Below, piece after piece: positions 1 to 9,209 of a DNA stretch of 31,544 nucleotides. The translations under genes were made by a program, and so were the position numbers. Source of the stretch: a virus. Taxonomy: Duplodnaviria > Caudoviricetes. Numbering within the stretch: the stretch's first letter is position 1; each line of letters begins with the position of its first letter. The notes beneath the pieces are model-generated. The model ran no database searches, had not been told where the DNA came from, and worked only from the letters and a program-made list of their open reading frames with translations. The stretch spans positions 1-31,544 of IMG/VR virus record IMGVR_UViG_3300044608_001478, one strand, 5' to 3'.

Positions 1-145
1 TCATGAATTCTTGCATATTATATCCACTCAATAAGACATCTGGATCTTTATCAAATTGAATGAGATGACCACTCTCATGGGTGATGGTGGGTGCAATGTT
101 TCTCACTCCCCTATATGCCACTCCTGCAGAAGACATGGACCACCA
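1..145. repeat. Terminal direct repeat, left copy (circular overlap with 31400-31544)
   Basis: tcatgaattcttgc...catggaccacca matches 31400-31544 except A115 vs T31514. Confidence 0.97.
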
Positions 146-1606
146 TTTGAATGTTTGGGCTTTTTTTGAGATTGATGCCAAAACGTGTCCAGTCTTTGGT
201 TCTATTACTGCAATGATTCTCTGTGTGTTATTGTCTCCTCTCATGTCACTCATGATTCTGACTTTGCCATCCTTCTCCATTTGAATCAGTCTGTCAAATT
301 CAGTGTCCATTTGAATGGGTTTGAATTCGCAAACATAATCTTCTTTCCACATTATTTGCATATATCTTCCATCGATTGCACAATGACCATTTGTGTTTTT
401 GTCTATTTTTGGCAAATATCTTCCCTGATTTTTTGTTCCATTGAGTGTTTTTTGAGATGCCAATTTAGATCTATTCTCTGCATCATTTTTTAAAGTCACC
501 AAGGTGTTTTTTTTGTTGGCCACTTCATTGGCCCCATCAGATCCTTCCATAACTAAATTGTAGGAATCATTGACCTGTTTGGATTGAGATGATATGAACA
601 GAGACTGATCCAGTTCCTGGTTCCCCAATGCCTTTGCCCTCTCTTTTGCAGTGATCTGGACATCACTTTTGATCTCTTTGATCTGTTGATCCACTGCAGT
701 CTCCTCCTCTATGATTTGACCTGCTACCAGTTTATCATATTCCTCCCTCTCCCTTTTGGTCATTTTGAATGGGATGGCTGAATGTCTGCAGGAATATCCA
801 CCCCTGTAGGTGGCAAAGTTGTCTGTGTTGGTTCCTGGAATCATACCAGATCCATTGTTGAAGGCCCAGGTGATCTCATTAGAAAGTTCATCTTTGAGCA
901 GGATCTCTTTGCCCACCCATCTTACGCATTGGGGTCTGGAATCATCAATCAGACTTCCCACATATCTATAGGCATCAAGTCCCAAATCCTGGGCAATTAG
1001 TTGGTTGATCTGCCCATCATATTGGTTGAGGGCATCCCTGGAGATTTGAGTCACATATCTTTTGAATTGACCCTGTTTCTGTGGATCAGATAGGATGGTT
1101 GTCTCCAGGTAGTTTTGAAATTCCTCCAGGTTCATTCCTCCAACAATATTTTTAAAGATGCCCTGTTTGACTGGTTCGACAAATCCCTGTTCCATCCCAT
1201 TTCTGACCAGGTTGTCCAAAACATTGTTGACATTGGTCTTCTGCACGTTGTTGAGTTTTTCTGCAATCTCTGCAGGATCCAGATCATTGACATCTTTGTG
1301 GATGTCCACATTCATCTCTTTGATGGTGTCAAAGGATGAGATGTAGTTCTTTACATTTTTTGGATAGGATGAATCCTGGATCGCATCTGCAATGACTTTG
1401 TTGATGGCATTGACCATTGAGATGTTCTTATCATCAAAAAGGATCACTCCATCTTTGATGTTCATCTTTTTGACCTGCTTCATTACCCCATCCACAATGT
1501 TTTTTTCAATTTGTGAGAAATTCTGGAAGAGTGATTTGTCTGCCCCACTTATAAGTTTGATCTTTTTATTGATCAGACTCTGGATGTCTGTTGAGAATGT
1601 CTCCAA
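1..1606 (-). CDS. MuF/SPP1 gp7-like minor head protein with C-terminal HExxH zinc-metallopeptidase domain, 5' part (continues at 31399-31200; ~601 aa)
   Basis: Translated by hand from TTG 1606 (in-frame TAA just upstream; alternative ATG 1483), open to base 1. Contains YRYVGSLIDDSRPQCVRW and YRGGYSCRH (MuF-type Cys/His signature), then THESGH at 65-79. Lies directly downstream of the portal gene. Confidence 0.85.
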   Translation of the reverse strand, partial: METFSTDIQSLINKKIKLISGADKSLFQNFSQIEKNIVDGVMKQVKKMNIKDGVILFDDKNISMVNAINKVIADAIQDSSYPKNVKNYISSFDTIKEMNVDIHKDVNDLDPAEIAEKLNNVQKTNVNNVLDNLVRNGMEQGFVEPVKQGIFKNIVGGMNLEEFQNYLETTILSDPQKQGQFKRYVTQISRDALNQYDGQINQLIAQDLGLDAYRYVGSLIDDSRPQCVRWVGKEILLKDELSNEITWAFNNGSGMIPGTNTDNFATYRGGYSCRHSAIPFKMTKREREEYDKLVAGQIIEEETAVDQQIKEIKSDVQITAKERAKALGNQELDQSLFISSQSKQVNDSYNLVMEGSDGANEVANKKNTLVTLKNDAENRSKLASQKTLNGTKNQGRYLPKIDKNTNGHCAIDGRYMQIMWKEDYVCEFKPIQMDTEFDRLIQMEKDGKVRIMSDMRGDNNTQRIIAVIEPKTGHVLASISKKAQTFKWWSMSSAGVAYRGVRNIAPTITHESGHLIQFDKDPDVLLSGYNMQEFM

Positions 1607-1610
1607 TGTT

Positions 1611-3329
1611 TTAGATTATAGGTTCAAGAGTTGGTGCCTGTCCACCTGCCAGTTCTATCACATTACTACCAACATAGGAGTTGATGATGGGTTGAAGTTC
1701 TCTGTCCAGATCTGCAAAGATGGTGGAGAGTTGATTTTCCAAATAGGTGTTGCCTTTGTCAGTGACCAATTTCATGAGTATTTTGTAGGCAAAAAGGGAT
1801 TTTATTATATCATCTTTTTTGATAATGCCAGAGGCCAAAAGTACCTGCTTATCTTTTGAGTTGATGTGATAAATAGGATCGTATGACACCAGTATCTCCA
1901 CCATCCTGGAGATGGACTTATTCCCACTAAATCTCTTTTTTGCCAGATCCTTAGTTGTCTCTACCAAAAAGGCCACTGGGGCATTTTTGTCTGTGAGTTG
2001 GTTGATCTCATTAATCAAATCCACTTCTGTCTTCATGGAAAATGAGATAGGTTTGATGATCAATGGATCCATTGGATCACTCACATTCCTATATTTTTCA
2101 ATGAATTGGAGTGATTTGTAAATGATCTCATCAAAGATGTTGTTGGAGATCTTTGTTAGGACCATGAATGAGTCCTCTCTGTCAATCATCTTTGCAGTTC
2201 CACTCTGTGACTCATCAATGGTGTTGAGATGGAGTGCCTCCTCTGCCTTTTTGAGAAGAGTCTCCCAGGCATTGCCAGAATATTGAATCACATCCACTGG
2301 TGGTCCAATAAATCTGATCATGGGATCTGATGGTCCAGACTGCCCACCATCCAAAATGGAGTTCCCCTTCTCCCTCAAAAATACTCCAAAGGGTGATCTG
2401 GTGATCACTCTTCCTGTTCCTTTGCATATTCTACAGGCCACATTCTCCTCACTATCTGAATTCCAACAAAATCCATCCCTGCATCCAGGTGCAGAGCATG
2501 ACTCTGCCTGTTCCTCCCTGTAGGGGAAACATGATGTGGTCATCACTCCCTGCCAATCACTATATTGTCTGATGGCCTCATTGCCAAAAGGGACAAAGGC
2601 AGAAAAATATGAGTCAAAATATCCATCATCAGTGTAGTCACCACCCATCACTATTGCAGGGAGAGATCCTATGTTATGAGTGTAGACCAGGGTGAGTTTG
2701 AAACTTTTATCAGATTTTGTTCCAATCTGTTCATGTCTCCAAAATTCTGTTTTTGTCAGGGTGTAGTAGACCTCACCCTTCTCCACCAGTCTTCCATATT
2801 CTCTGATCATTGAATGTTCATCCTCTGCCTCCCAGGTGATGGCATCATCAGACAAATAGTAGATCTCATCAGAGTTCACAATGATAGGTTTGACCTCCAC
2901 TTTTTGAGATGAATCCACCATTCCTTCACCTTCTGGGATCCAGACCAGGAATCCATTGGGATCCTCAATCATTCTCCTGACTACATATTTTTGAATATAT
3001 GAATAGAAAAATTGACCACTGAATTTTTTTTGATCCAAATAGGATGAGAGTTCCTCACTTACCTGAATTGAGAAGTTGGCAGATCCAAAGATTCTATAAA
3101 GTTTATCAATGGCCCTGTTCATGGACCCTTTGGTGATGGGTTCATAGATGGATAGTCTGTATTTTTGAATTTCTGGATCCTCATTTGGTCTTCTGGATGT
3201 GAGGATCAATCCAGGACTTTTGCCTCTGGTATGGACAAACATGGTGTCTCTCACTCTCACCCATTGGTCAAAGTGTTTTGGTCTTTTTATTTTACCTAAA
3301 TTCTGGTTGAGAATTTCAATTTCAAACAT
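1611..3329 (-). CDS. Portal protein with an inserted Zn-finger-like segment
   Basis: 572 aa, immediately upstream of the MuF-like gene and the scaffold/capsid block. Portal-like motifs HNIGSLPAIVMGG and ESQSGTAKMIDRE. Internal CSAPGCRDG...CRICKGTG. Confidence 0.8.
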   Translation of the reverse strand: MFEIEILNQNLGKIKRPKHFDQWVRVRDTMFVHTRGKSPGLILTSRRPNEDPEIQKYRLSIYEPITKGSMNRAIDKLYRIFGSANFSIQVSEELSSYLDQKKFSGQFFYSYIQKYVVRRMIEDPNGFLVWIPEGEGMVDSSQKVEVKPIIVNSDEIYYLSDDAITWEAEDEHSMIREYGRLVEKGEVYYTLTKTEFWRHEQIGTKSDKSFKLTLVYTHNIGSLPAIVMGGDYTDDGYFDSYFSAFVPFGNEAIRQYSDWQGVMTTSCFPYREEQAESCSAPGCRDGFCWNSDSEENVACRICKGTGRVITRSPFGVFLREKGNSILDGGQSGPSDPMIRFIGPPVDVIQYSGNAWETLLKKAEEALHLNTIDESQSGTAKMIDREDSFMVLTKISNNIFDEIIYKSLQFIEKYRNVSDPMDPLIIKPISFSMKTEVDLINEINQLTDKNAPVAFLVETTKDLAKKRFSGNKSISRMVEILVSYDPIYHINSKDKQVLLASGIIKKDDIIKSLFAYKILMKLVTDKGNTYLENQLSTIFADLDRELQPIINSYVGSNVIELAGGQAPTLEPII

Positions 3330-3340
3330 CTTTTTGATTT

Positions 3341-4429
3341 TTAATAGTTACAGGAATATGTTTTTGAACAATCCACTCTTCTCATGGCAACATCAATCCA
3401 CCATTGATCACCCACCTCATTGTTTTTTGCAATATCTCCATCCACCACAATCTCATAGGAGTTGACATAGACTCTGGATCCATTGCAGATGTTTGCAATT
3501 ATTTTGGCCACCCTTTGTGGGACATGATATGTTCTCATCAACCACTTCTCTGTCATGGTGGAGGATGTTGTCTTCAATGTGGTCCCCACAAAATCTTTGA
3601 TGATCTCAAATGACTGCATCTCAAAAGATCCTTTCACCCTATATTGATTGACAAATGGGAAAAAATTCCCCAGGACCATGACGTCATCTGGATTTGATCC
3701 ATAGTAATATCCAAAACAATCAAATTGACCAAAATTTCCTTCCAGGAGAATGGTGTCATTTTTTTCTGTGCATTGCTCAAACTTGTATGGTTCCGTACAA
3801 AGGGAATAAGTTTGATCAATATCACTTGGATAGAAAGTAAATGACAAATAAAAGCATCCACCACTACTTGGGAATTGAGTCAATAGATCTGACTGGAGAT
3901 TCAATAGATCATTGACTCTGATCTGTTGAATATTTCTCCAGGTGACATCACCTTTGTAGTCATAGACAGGAAACATTCCAACAAAATACTCTGTTGAATA
4001 CATTGTCAATGAGATCGGATTCCCAAGTCCATCCAATAGCAAATCTCCAGAGCAACAATCATGGATGTAGGCATCCACCAAACCAAAGGGGTCCCACCCA
4101 AATACTGGTGGGACATTTGGATCCTGACCATTCAAACTATCAATTTGTTGGAATTGGAATATTAGATCATCAGAGAGATTAATGATGTTATAAAATAAAA
4201 GATCATTGCCACATGATCCACAATTCCATGTCTGATCACAATCACAAAGAAGTAGTCCATTGTTGACCACTGCCAGTCCACATGGGTTGTTTGGGTCACC
4301 TGGGACCCCACATTGAATGATCTCAAATTCACTGCAGACTATTCTGTCTAAGCAGGATGAGACCTCACAGGTTGGTGTGTTGTCACAGAAGATGTTTGCT
4401 CCATCTTGGTATGATGAGAAGTAGGCCAT
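3341..4429 (-). CDS. Cys-rich putative virion (tail) protein
   Basis: 362 aa with about 19 Cys counted by eye. Last gene of the block following the tape measure gene. Confidence 0.6.
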   Translation of the reverse strand: MAYFSSYQDGANIFCDNTPTCEVSSCLDRIVCSEFEIIQCGVPGDPNNPCGLAVVNNGLLLCDCDQTWNCGSCGNDLLFYNIINLSDDLIFQFQQIDSLNGQDPNVPPVFGWDPFGLVDAYIHDCCSGDLLLDGLGNPISLTMYSTEYFVGMFPVYDYKGDVTWRNIQQIRVNDLLNLQSDLLTQFPSSGGCFYLSFTFYPSDIDQTYSLCTEPYKFEQCTEKNDTILLEGNFGQFDCFGYYYGSNPDDVMVLGNFFPFVNQYRVKGSFEMQSFEIIKDFVGTTLKTTSSTMTEKWLMRTYHVPQRVAKIIANICNGSRVYVNSYEIVVDGDIAKNNEVGDQWWIDVAMRRVDCSKTYSCNY

Positions 4430-4433
4430 CAGT

Positions 4434-7364
4434 TTAAGGTTTTTTCATGAATAGACCACAGATTTGATATTTGCCCACTGGCAAAGATGTGACATCCACT
4501 TTGAATGTTGTTGGTCCATTGGAGAAGTTAGGATCCACATCATAGATCTGGACTGCATCCAGTTGAATGAATCCAGTTGTTGATGCATTGACACCATTAT
4601 CTTCCAAAAGATTGTTAATTCCATAGGGGAATGGATCCAGGAAGGCAATGATAGTCCCTACCATTGGATTCAATGTTCCATTTGTGTCCATGGTGCAAAG
4701 TAGATAGTCATAGGTCCCTGGACAGAATGGTCCTGCAAATGCCTCTGGTGGATTAGATCCTTTCACTCCCTCAATCTGCAATGGTTTCAACCATGATGTT
4801 GATGGGAGTGGATTTGTTTCAAAATCTGATGGATGTATTTTTCCAATGATGATCTGATTGACCACACATGGTTGAGTGAATAAACTGGAAATATCAAATT
4901 GGAAGACATACTCAAAAAAGATGTCTTTGTCACCCCAGTCAAAGGTCATGTTTTGGGTTGTCACAAAGGTATTGCCCAAAGATCCTGCAGGAAGTCTGTT
5001 GAATGGTGTGGCATTGTTGGCCACAAACACATTGGATCCATTCACTGGAAGAGTGTCCTCATATCTGACCCTGCCTTCCCATTGCAAAGTGATCAATGAT
5101 CCTGCAATGGCTGCCTGGAATCCTGAAGTGAGATTGTTCATGTCTCCTGGAAATCCCATTTGTCTGATTGATTGATATTGATTAAAATAGAAAAATGTAG
5201 TCTGTCCCAATGTAGGGAATCCCACTACTTTCCTGTAGACATTCAGGGTGATGTCCACCAAAAATTCAGTCCAGTTTTGGAGGGATGGGTTCCATCCATA
5301 ATCCTGGAGACATTGATCAAAGGATCCTGGACCAGATCCAGGAAGGGCAGTAATTTCATTTGAAATCCTTTCCTTCATAGTTGGACTAAAACAATAATTG
5401 TTCTCTGACTTCACATAGTCACTCCATGTTGATGTTGTTTCCATGTCACAACAGATTTCAATCCCAGGAATCTGGGTCACTGGAATCTGTTCAGAGATGA
5501 ATGAGTTGACCATGTTCCCAAAAAAGTCATAGGCCACTCCAATCAAATAATAGACTCCAATGGGATTGACTCCTGTTGGTCCTATGTGGACTGAACATTC
5601 ATAGGTGTTGGCTGCTATCAATGTAGGTGCAACCATTGGCCCCACAATCAAATTGTCCACTGGTGTATTAAAGGGGAAGGTGTAGACATTCACCCTGGAT
5701 GAATCATAGTTGCTTTTAAAGTCAGTAAAATTATTTATCCCACTGGCATCAATTAACCATAAAACGATATTTAAAATAGGTGTCCCTGCAGGATTTGTGA
5801 TTTGAAATTTGGCCTTTGTTTTCACAATGGTTGAAATATTCCCCACATTAACTGCATTCCTCTCAAAGGTGAAGACTGGATTTGTCATCTCACTGGCTCC
5901 ACCATAGAGTCCCTGATTGTAATATCTGCCAGTCATGGGGATGGTCTTTGTGATAAAACATTCAAATGGGACCTGATTTGGTGGGACTGGTGGTGTCTGT
6001 GTAGGATCACCAGTTCCAGGTTCATTCACCAGGACATTTGGGTCAACAATATAGGTCAACAGACACATTGTTTTGTCTGCATTGTAGACAGACTGGACTA
6101 CATTCTGGAATGGTGATGGTGCAAAGACATGGTTGTTCAGGAGTTTGGGTTGATTTGAAATCACCCCAGTGTCAATCCAGTTGTCCACATCTTCAATCAT
6201 ATAGAATTCCATGACAATCTGAAAGACATCAAGAGTCTGGAATTCAATGTTGACCTGGTAGTTTTTTTGACAATTTGCATTCACTCCTGCCCCATAAAGT
6301 GTCATCTGGTAGATGCCACCCATCATGGAAGGTTGAAATTTGATGTGCCAACCTGCAGGTGGAGGACCATCAATGTTCCCAGATCCATACTTCCCAGGAA
6401 TATTGCAGACCACATCCCACATCCATGGATTGAAATAGATGTCAATATTGGGACCAGAGAGAGTGTTGTTGTATTGATGAGAAAAATATAGGAATTTTTT
6501 CTCACCGATTGCAAATATTGTTTGGACCTCTCCAGATGTCAGATCACAAAGTCCTGCCTGATTTGGTAAAATAAATGGACTAAGTTCCTCTGATGAGATC
6601 CCCATGTCATAGCAGTTCAGACCACATCCTCCACAAATGACTGGAATTGGATTGATGTTGTATTTTTCAGCAATTGCTGAACAAATATCAAATTCAATAT
6701 TGCAGGGAGCATATTCACCATCACAGGCACAAAAAGTCCATTGGATCTGGGCATCTGTAAAAGGTGGAATGGTGATAGATCCTGGTGTTCCTGCTTGGGA
6801 AATTCCATCCACAAAATATTCAATATCTGGTGGGCCTCCACAATTAGTGTCACAACTACCAGGTGTCAAGTCCACCACTAAATTGAGACAGGTTGGATTT
6901 GAGATGATGATGTGATTTGGTTGAAGTTGGGTGCAGTCATCTTCACAAACAAACCAATCTATATCAAAAGGACCTGGAAATGGTGGGTTGAATGATGGAT
7001 CAACCACCACAAAATCAAAGTCAATATCCTGGGTGAAATTTGGTGTTTGTGCCTGGATTGATAGTCTTCCAGTCCAAGTGTCTCCTGGAGTGTAGCAGGT
7101 CCCACAAATCACCAATACAAATTTGATGTTTGTTGATTCATCCCCAGTCATTGTCAAATGAGGGACTAAAGGACTGGCCCATGGCAGACCATTGACTGAT
7201 TCTATATATCCACCACATCCATCACTCCAAATAAGAGCATGGATCTGTCTGTCCTGCTCACCTGGTGTCAAAGTGATCTCACATTCTATCTGTTGGCAAC
7301 AAATTGGGTAAATTGGATTGAGTCCGTTCCCAGTTATTTTCAAACAATTATTTACAAGTTGCAT
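4434..7364 (-). CDS. Large Cys/Pro-rich, beta-rich putative tail-tip / receptor-binding protein
   Basis: 976 aa with about 33 Cys and alternating beta-strand patterns. Two genes downstream of the tape measure gene. Confidence 0.6.
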   Translation of the reverse strand: MQLVNNCLKITGNGLNPIYPICCQQIECEITLTPGEQDRQIHALIWSDGCGGYIESVNGLPWASPLVPHLTMTGDESTNIKFVLVICGTCYTPGDTWTGRLSIQAQTPNFTQDIDFDFVVVDPSFNPPFPGPFDIDWFVCEDDCTQLQPNHIIISNPTCLNLVVDLTPGSCDTNCGGPPDIEYFVDGISQAGTPGSITIPPFTDAQIQWTFCACDGEYAPCNIEFDICSAIAEKYNINPIPVICGGCGLNCYDMGISSEELSPFILPNQAGLCDLTSGEVQTIFAIGEKKFLYFSHQYNNTLSGPNIDIYFNPWMWDVVCNIPGKYGSGNIDGPPPAGWHIKFQPSMMGGIYQMTLYGAGVNANCQKNYQVNIEFQTLDVFQIVMEFYMIEDVDNWIDTGVISNQPKLLNNHVFAPSPFQNVVQSVYNADKTMCLLTYIVDPNVLVNEPGTGDPTQTPPVPPNQVPFECFITKTIPMTGRYYNQGLYGGASEMTNPVFTFERNAVNVGNISTIVKTKAKFQITNPAGTPILNIVLWLIDASGINNFTDFKSNYDSSRVNVYTFPFNTPVDNLIVGPMVAPTLIAANTYECSVHIGPTGVNPIGVYYLIGVAYDFFGNMVNSFISEQIPVTQIPGIEICCDMETTSTWSDYVKSENNYCFSPTMKERISNEITALPGSGPGSFDQCLQDYGWNPSLQNWTEFLVDITLNVYRKVVGFPTLGQTTFFYFNQYQSIRQMGFPGDMNNLTSGFQAAIAGSLITLQWEGRVRYEDTLPVNGSNVFVANNATPFNRLPAGSLGNTFVTTQNMTFDWGDKDIFFEYVFQFDISSLFTQPCVVNQIIIGKIHPSDFETNPLPSTSWLKPLQIEGVKGSNPPEAFAGPFCPGTYDYLLCTMDTNGTLNPMVGTIIAFLDPFPYGINNLLEDNGVNASTTGFIQLDAVQIYDVDPNFSNGPTTFKVDVTSLPVGKYQICGLFMKKP

Positions 7365-7369
7365 GGTCT

Positions 7370-7377
7370 CAAATTTA
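7370..7377 (-). promoter_or_regulatory. Bacteroidota-type -7 box TAAATTTG
   Basis: Matches TAnnTTTG in the 21-bp intergenic gap, 5 nt before the ATG at 7364. No clear -33 box. Confidence 0.4.
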
Positions 7378-7385
7378 GTTTTTTT

Positions 7386-9194
7386 TTATAGAATACCAGT
7401 TACCTGGCAAGTCCTTTTGACAAAGTCAATCTGTACTTCCCTCACAATTCCATTGATCACCTGTCCACCTCTGATCAATCTCACATATTTTGCAAAGTTG
7501 AAATCATAGTAATTTGTGCAGTCAAATATGAATGTAAATTTGAAGTCCCATTTGGTCACTCCAGGAAGTCTGGGATCATCAATCCAATGGAATCCCACCC
7601 CATTATTTGGGATCCCATAGAGATTATTTTTATTTCCAGGCACAAACCAAAATGGATAATTGAATCTCTCATCTGGGGCTGCCCCTGGATCTCCTCCACA
7701 GAATGTGTTGTCATAGTCATATTTCACCTCACCATCAGAGGATGGGTTGTAGATGAGAAATTTGTAGTTGAAGGCAGTGTGTTGATTGACCAGTAATGCC
7801 CTATTATAGAATGAGAAGGCCCCTGCAAATACTGCATTGATCACCCCTCCAAGTGCATTCTGAAAAAAGGTGTAGATGTCTGTGTCAATTCCATCCTGTC
7901 TGTGTCTGGCTGCTCCCAATGGTAGGTTCACTGCCCTCTCTCCAGATTGTGATGGTGAGTAAGGGACATTCCAATCCACAATCTCATTGTACCTTGGGAC
8001 CAATGCCTCATTGCCCATGTAATCCTGGGCATCTGGAGCATACGCAAAACGTCCAAAGGCCCATCTCTCCTGTTCTGTCCAGTTGTAGCAGACCTGGTCA
8101 TCCACAATCTTCCCATCATTGAGAAGTTGTTCTGTGTCAATCCACTGGTTTAGTGTCAGAAAAAAGTCCTTTCTCTCCACAACCAGGATCCCATTCACAA
8201 TTCTGAATTCTGCATTGAATGTGGGTTTGACATATTCATTGAGTAAGGTTTCCAAAGTCTCCACTGGTTTGTTGTCATTGATCAATGTGAAGTCTGTTGA
8301 GTCTTTTTTTCTGCCCTTTTTTATTTGGGCTGCAAACAAAACTGCATTATAATAGGGAGATGATGGATCATTGAGGATGGATGACTGAAAAACCAATCCA
8401 CATTTGTCACAGACATTTTTGATGTAGTCTCTGATGTATGGTGATGGATGGAATCTTCCACAGGCAATGATTTGCCTGTTCGCATCCCTTATTGCATCAA
8501 ACATATAATTGATTGCCATCACTGGGTTGGTGAATGATGTGTTGCAATTGGGTGGATTGCAAAATGGACCAATTCTGATGGTGATAGTTCTCCCCAGAAT
8601 TCTGAATGATAGTGAGATCCCTTGACAAATGATCCTCACCAAAAGACAAATCAAATAAACACCACTTATCAATAGAAAAATGGCAGGTATCAATGGAAGT
8701 AGAATCAATTGAAATTGAATGTTAACCATAAACAAAATATAATACAAAACATATTGAATGAATTCTGGTTTCATCTCTATGCAATATCTGATGATGGGAT
8801 GGTTCCTGGAAAGGAATCCATTATGATTGTCCCAGATCAAAGTTGATCTGATGCAGTTGACCACAGAAGTGTCCTCCACCAAGTTGGCAGAGATCCAACA
8901 TCCAGGCTCACACCAGTCAATTGCATCACCTTTGATCAGACCCACAAAAACTGCATCTCTGCAACATGAATCATAGACTTTCACCTGGACCTCATTGGAA
9001 TATCCAATGGGATCATTCACCAGACTCTGATATAGAATTTGATAGGCATCATCATAAAAAGTGAGTTCACTGGAGAATGACTTTGCCAGTCCTCCATCAT
9101 CATCCTGGTTTCTCAAAGTCAAAACGAAGTTTTCCACTCCATCAATTCTGCCTGTGATGAGGGTTCCATTCAATTCTAACTTCATGGTTGACAT
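7386..9194 (-). CDS. Putative tail hub / tail-tip protein with a hydrophobic hairpin
   Basis: 602 aa directly after the tape measure gene. Hub-like segments (YIRDYIKNVCDKCGLVF; FNAEFRIVNGILVVERKDFF), a ~55-aa hydrophobic stretch and about 17 Cys. Confidence 0.6.
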   Translation of the reverse strand: MSTMKLELNGTLITGRIDGVENFVLTLRNQDDDGGLAKSFSSELTFYDDAYQILYQSLVNDPIGYSNEVQVKVYDSCCRDAVFVGLIKGDAIDWCEPGCWISANLVEDTSVVNCIRSTLIWDNHNGFLSRNHPIIRYCIEMKPEFIQYVLYYILFMVNIQFQLILLPLIPAIFLLISGVYLICLLVRIICQGISLSFRILGRTITIRIGPFCNPPNCNTSFTNPVMAINYMFDAIRDANRQIIACGRFHPSPYIRDYIKNVCDKCGLVFQSSILNDPSSPYYNAVLFAAQIKKGRKKDSTDFTLINDNKPVETLETLLNEYVKPTFNAEFRIVNGILVVERKDFFLTLNQWIDTEQLLNDGKIVDDQVCYNWTEQERWAFGRFAYAPDAQDYMGNEALVPRYNEIVDWNVPYSPSQSGERAVNLPLGAARHRQDGIDTDIYTFFQNALGGVINAVFAGAFSFYNRALLVNQHTAFNYKFLIYNPSSDGEVKYDYDNTFCGGDPGAAPDERFNYPFWFVPGNKNNLYGIPNNGVGFHWIDDPRLPGVTKWDFKFTFIFDCTNYYDFNFAKYVRLIRGGQVINGIVREVQIDFVKRTCQVTGIL

Positions 9195-9209
9195 ATCTTT
9201 TGCCTCCTT

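Noticed and set aside
1-145. Physical terminal repeats of the virion DNA
   Set aside because: The repeat falls in the middle of a gene and its length is typical of assembler overlap. It shows circularity, not the packaging end.
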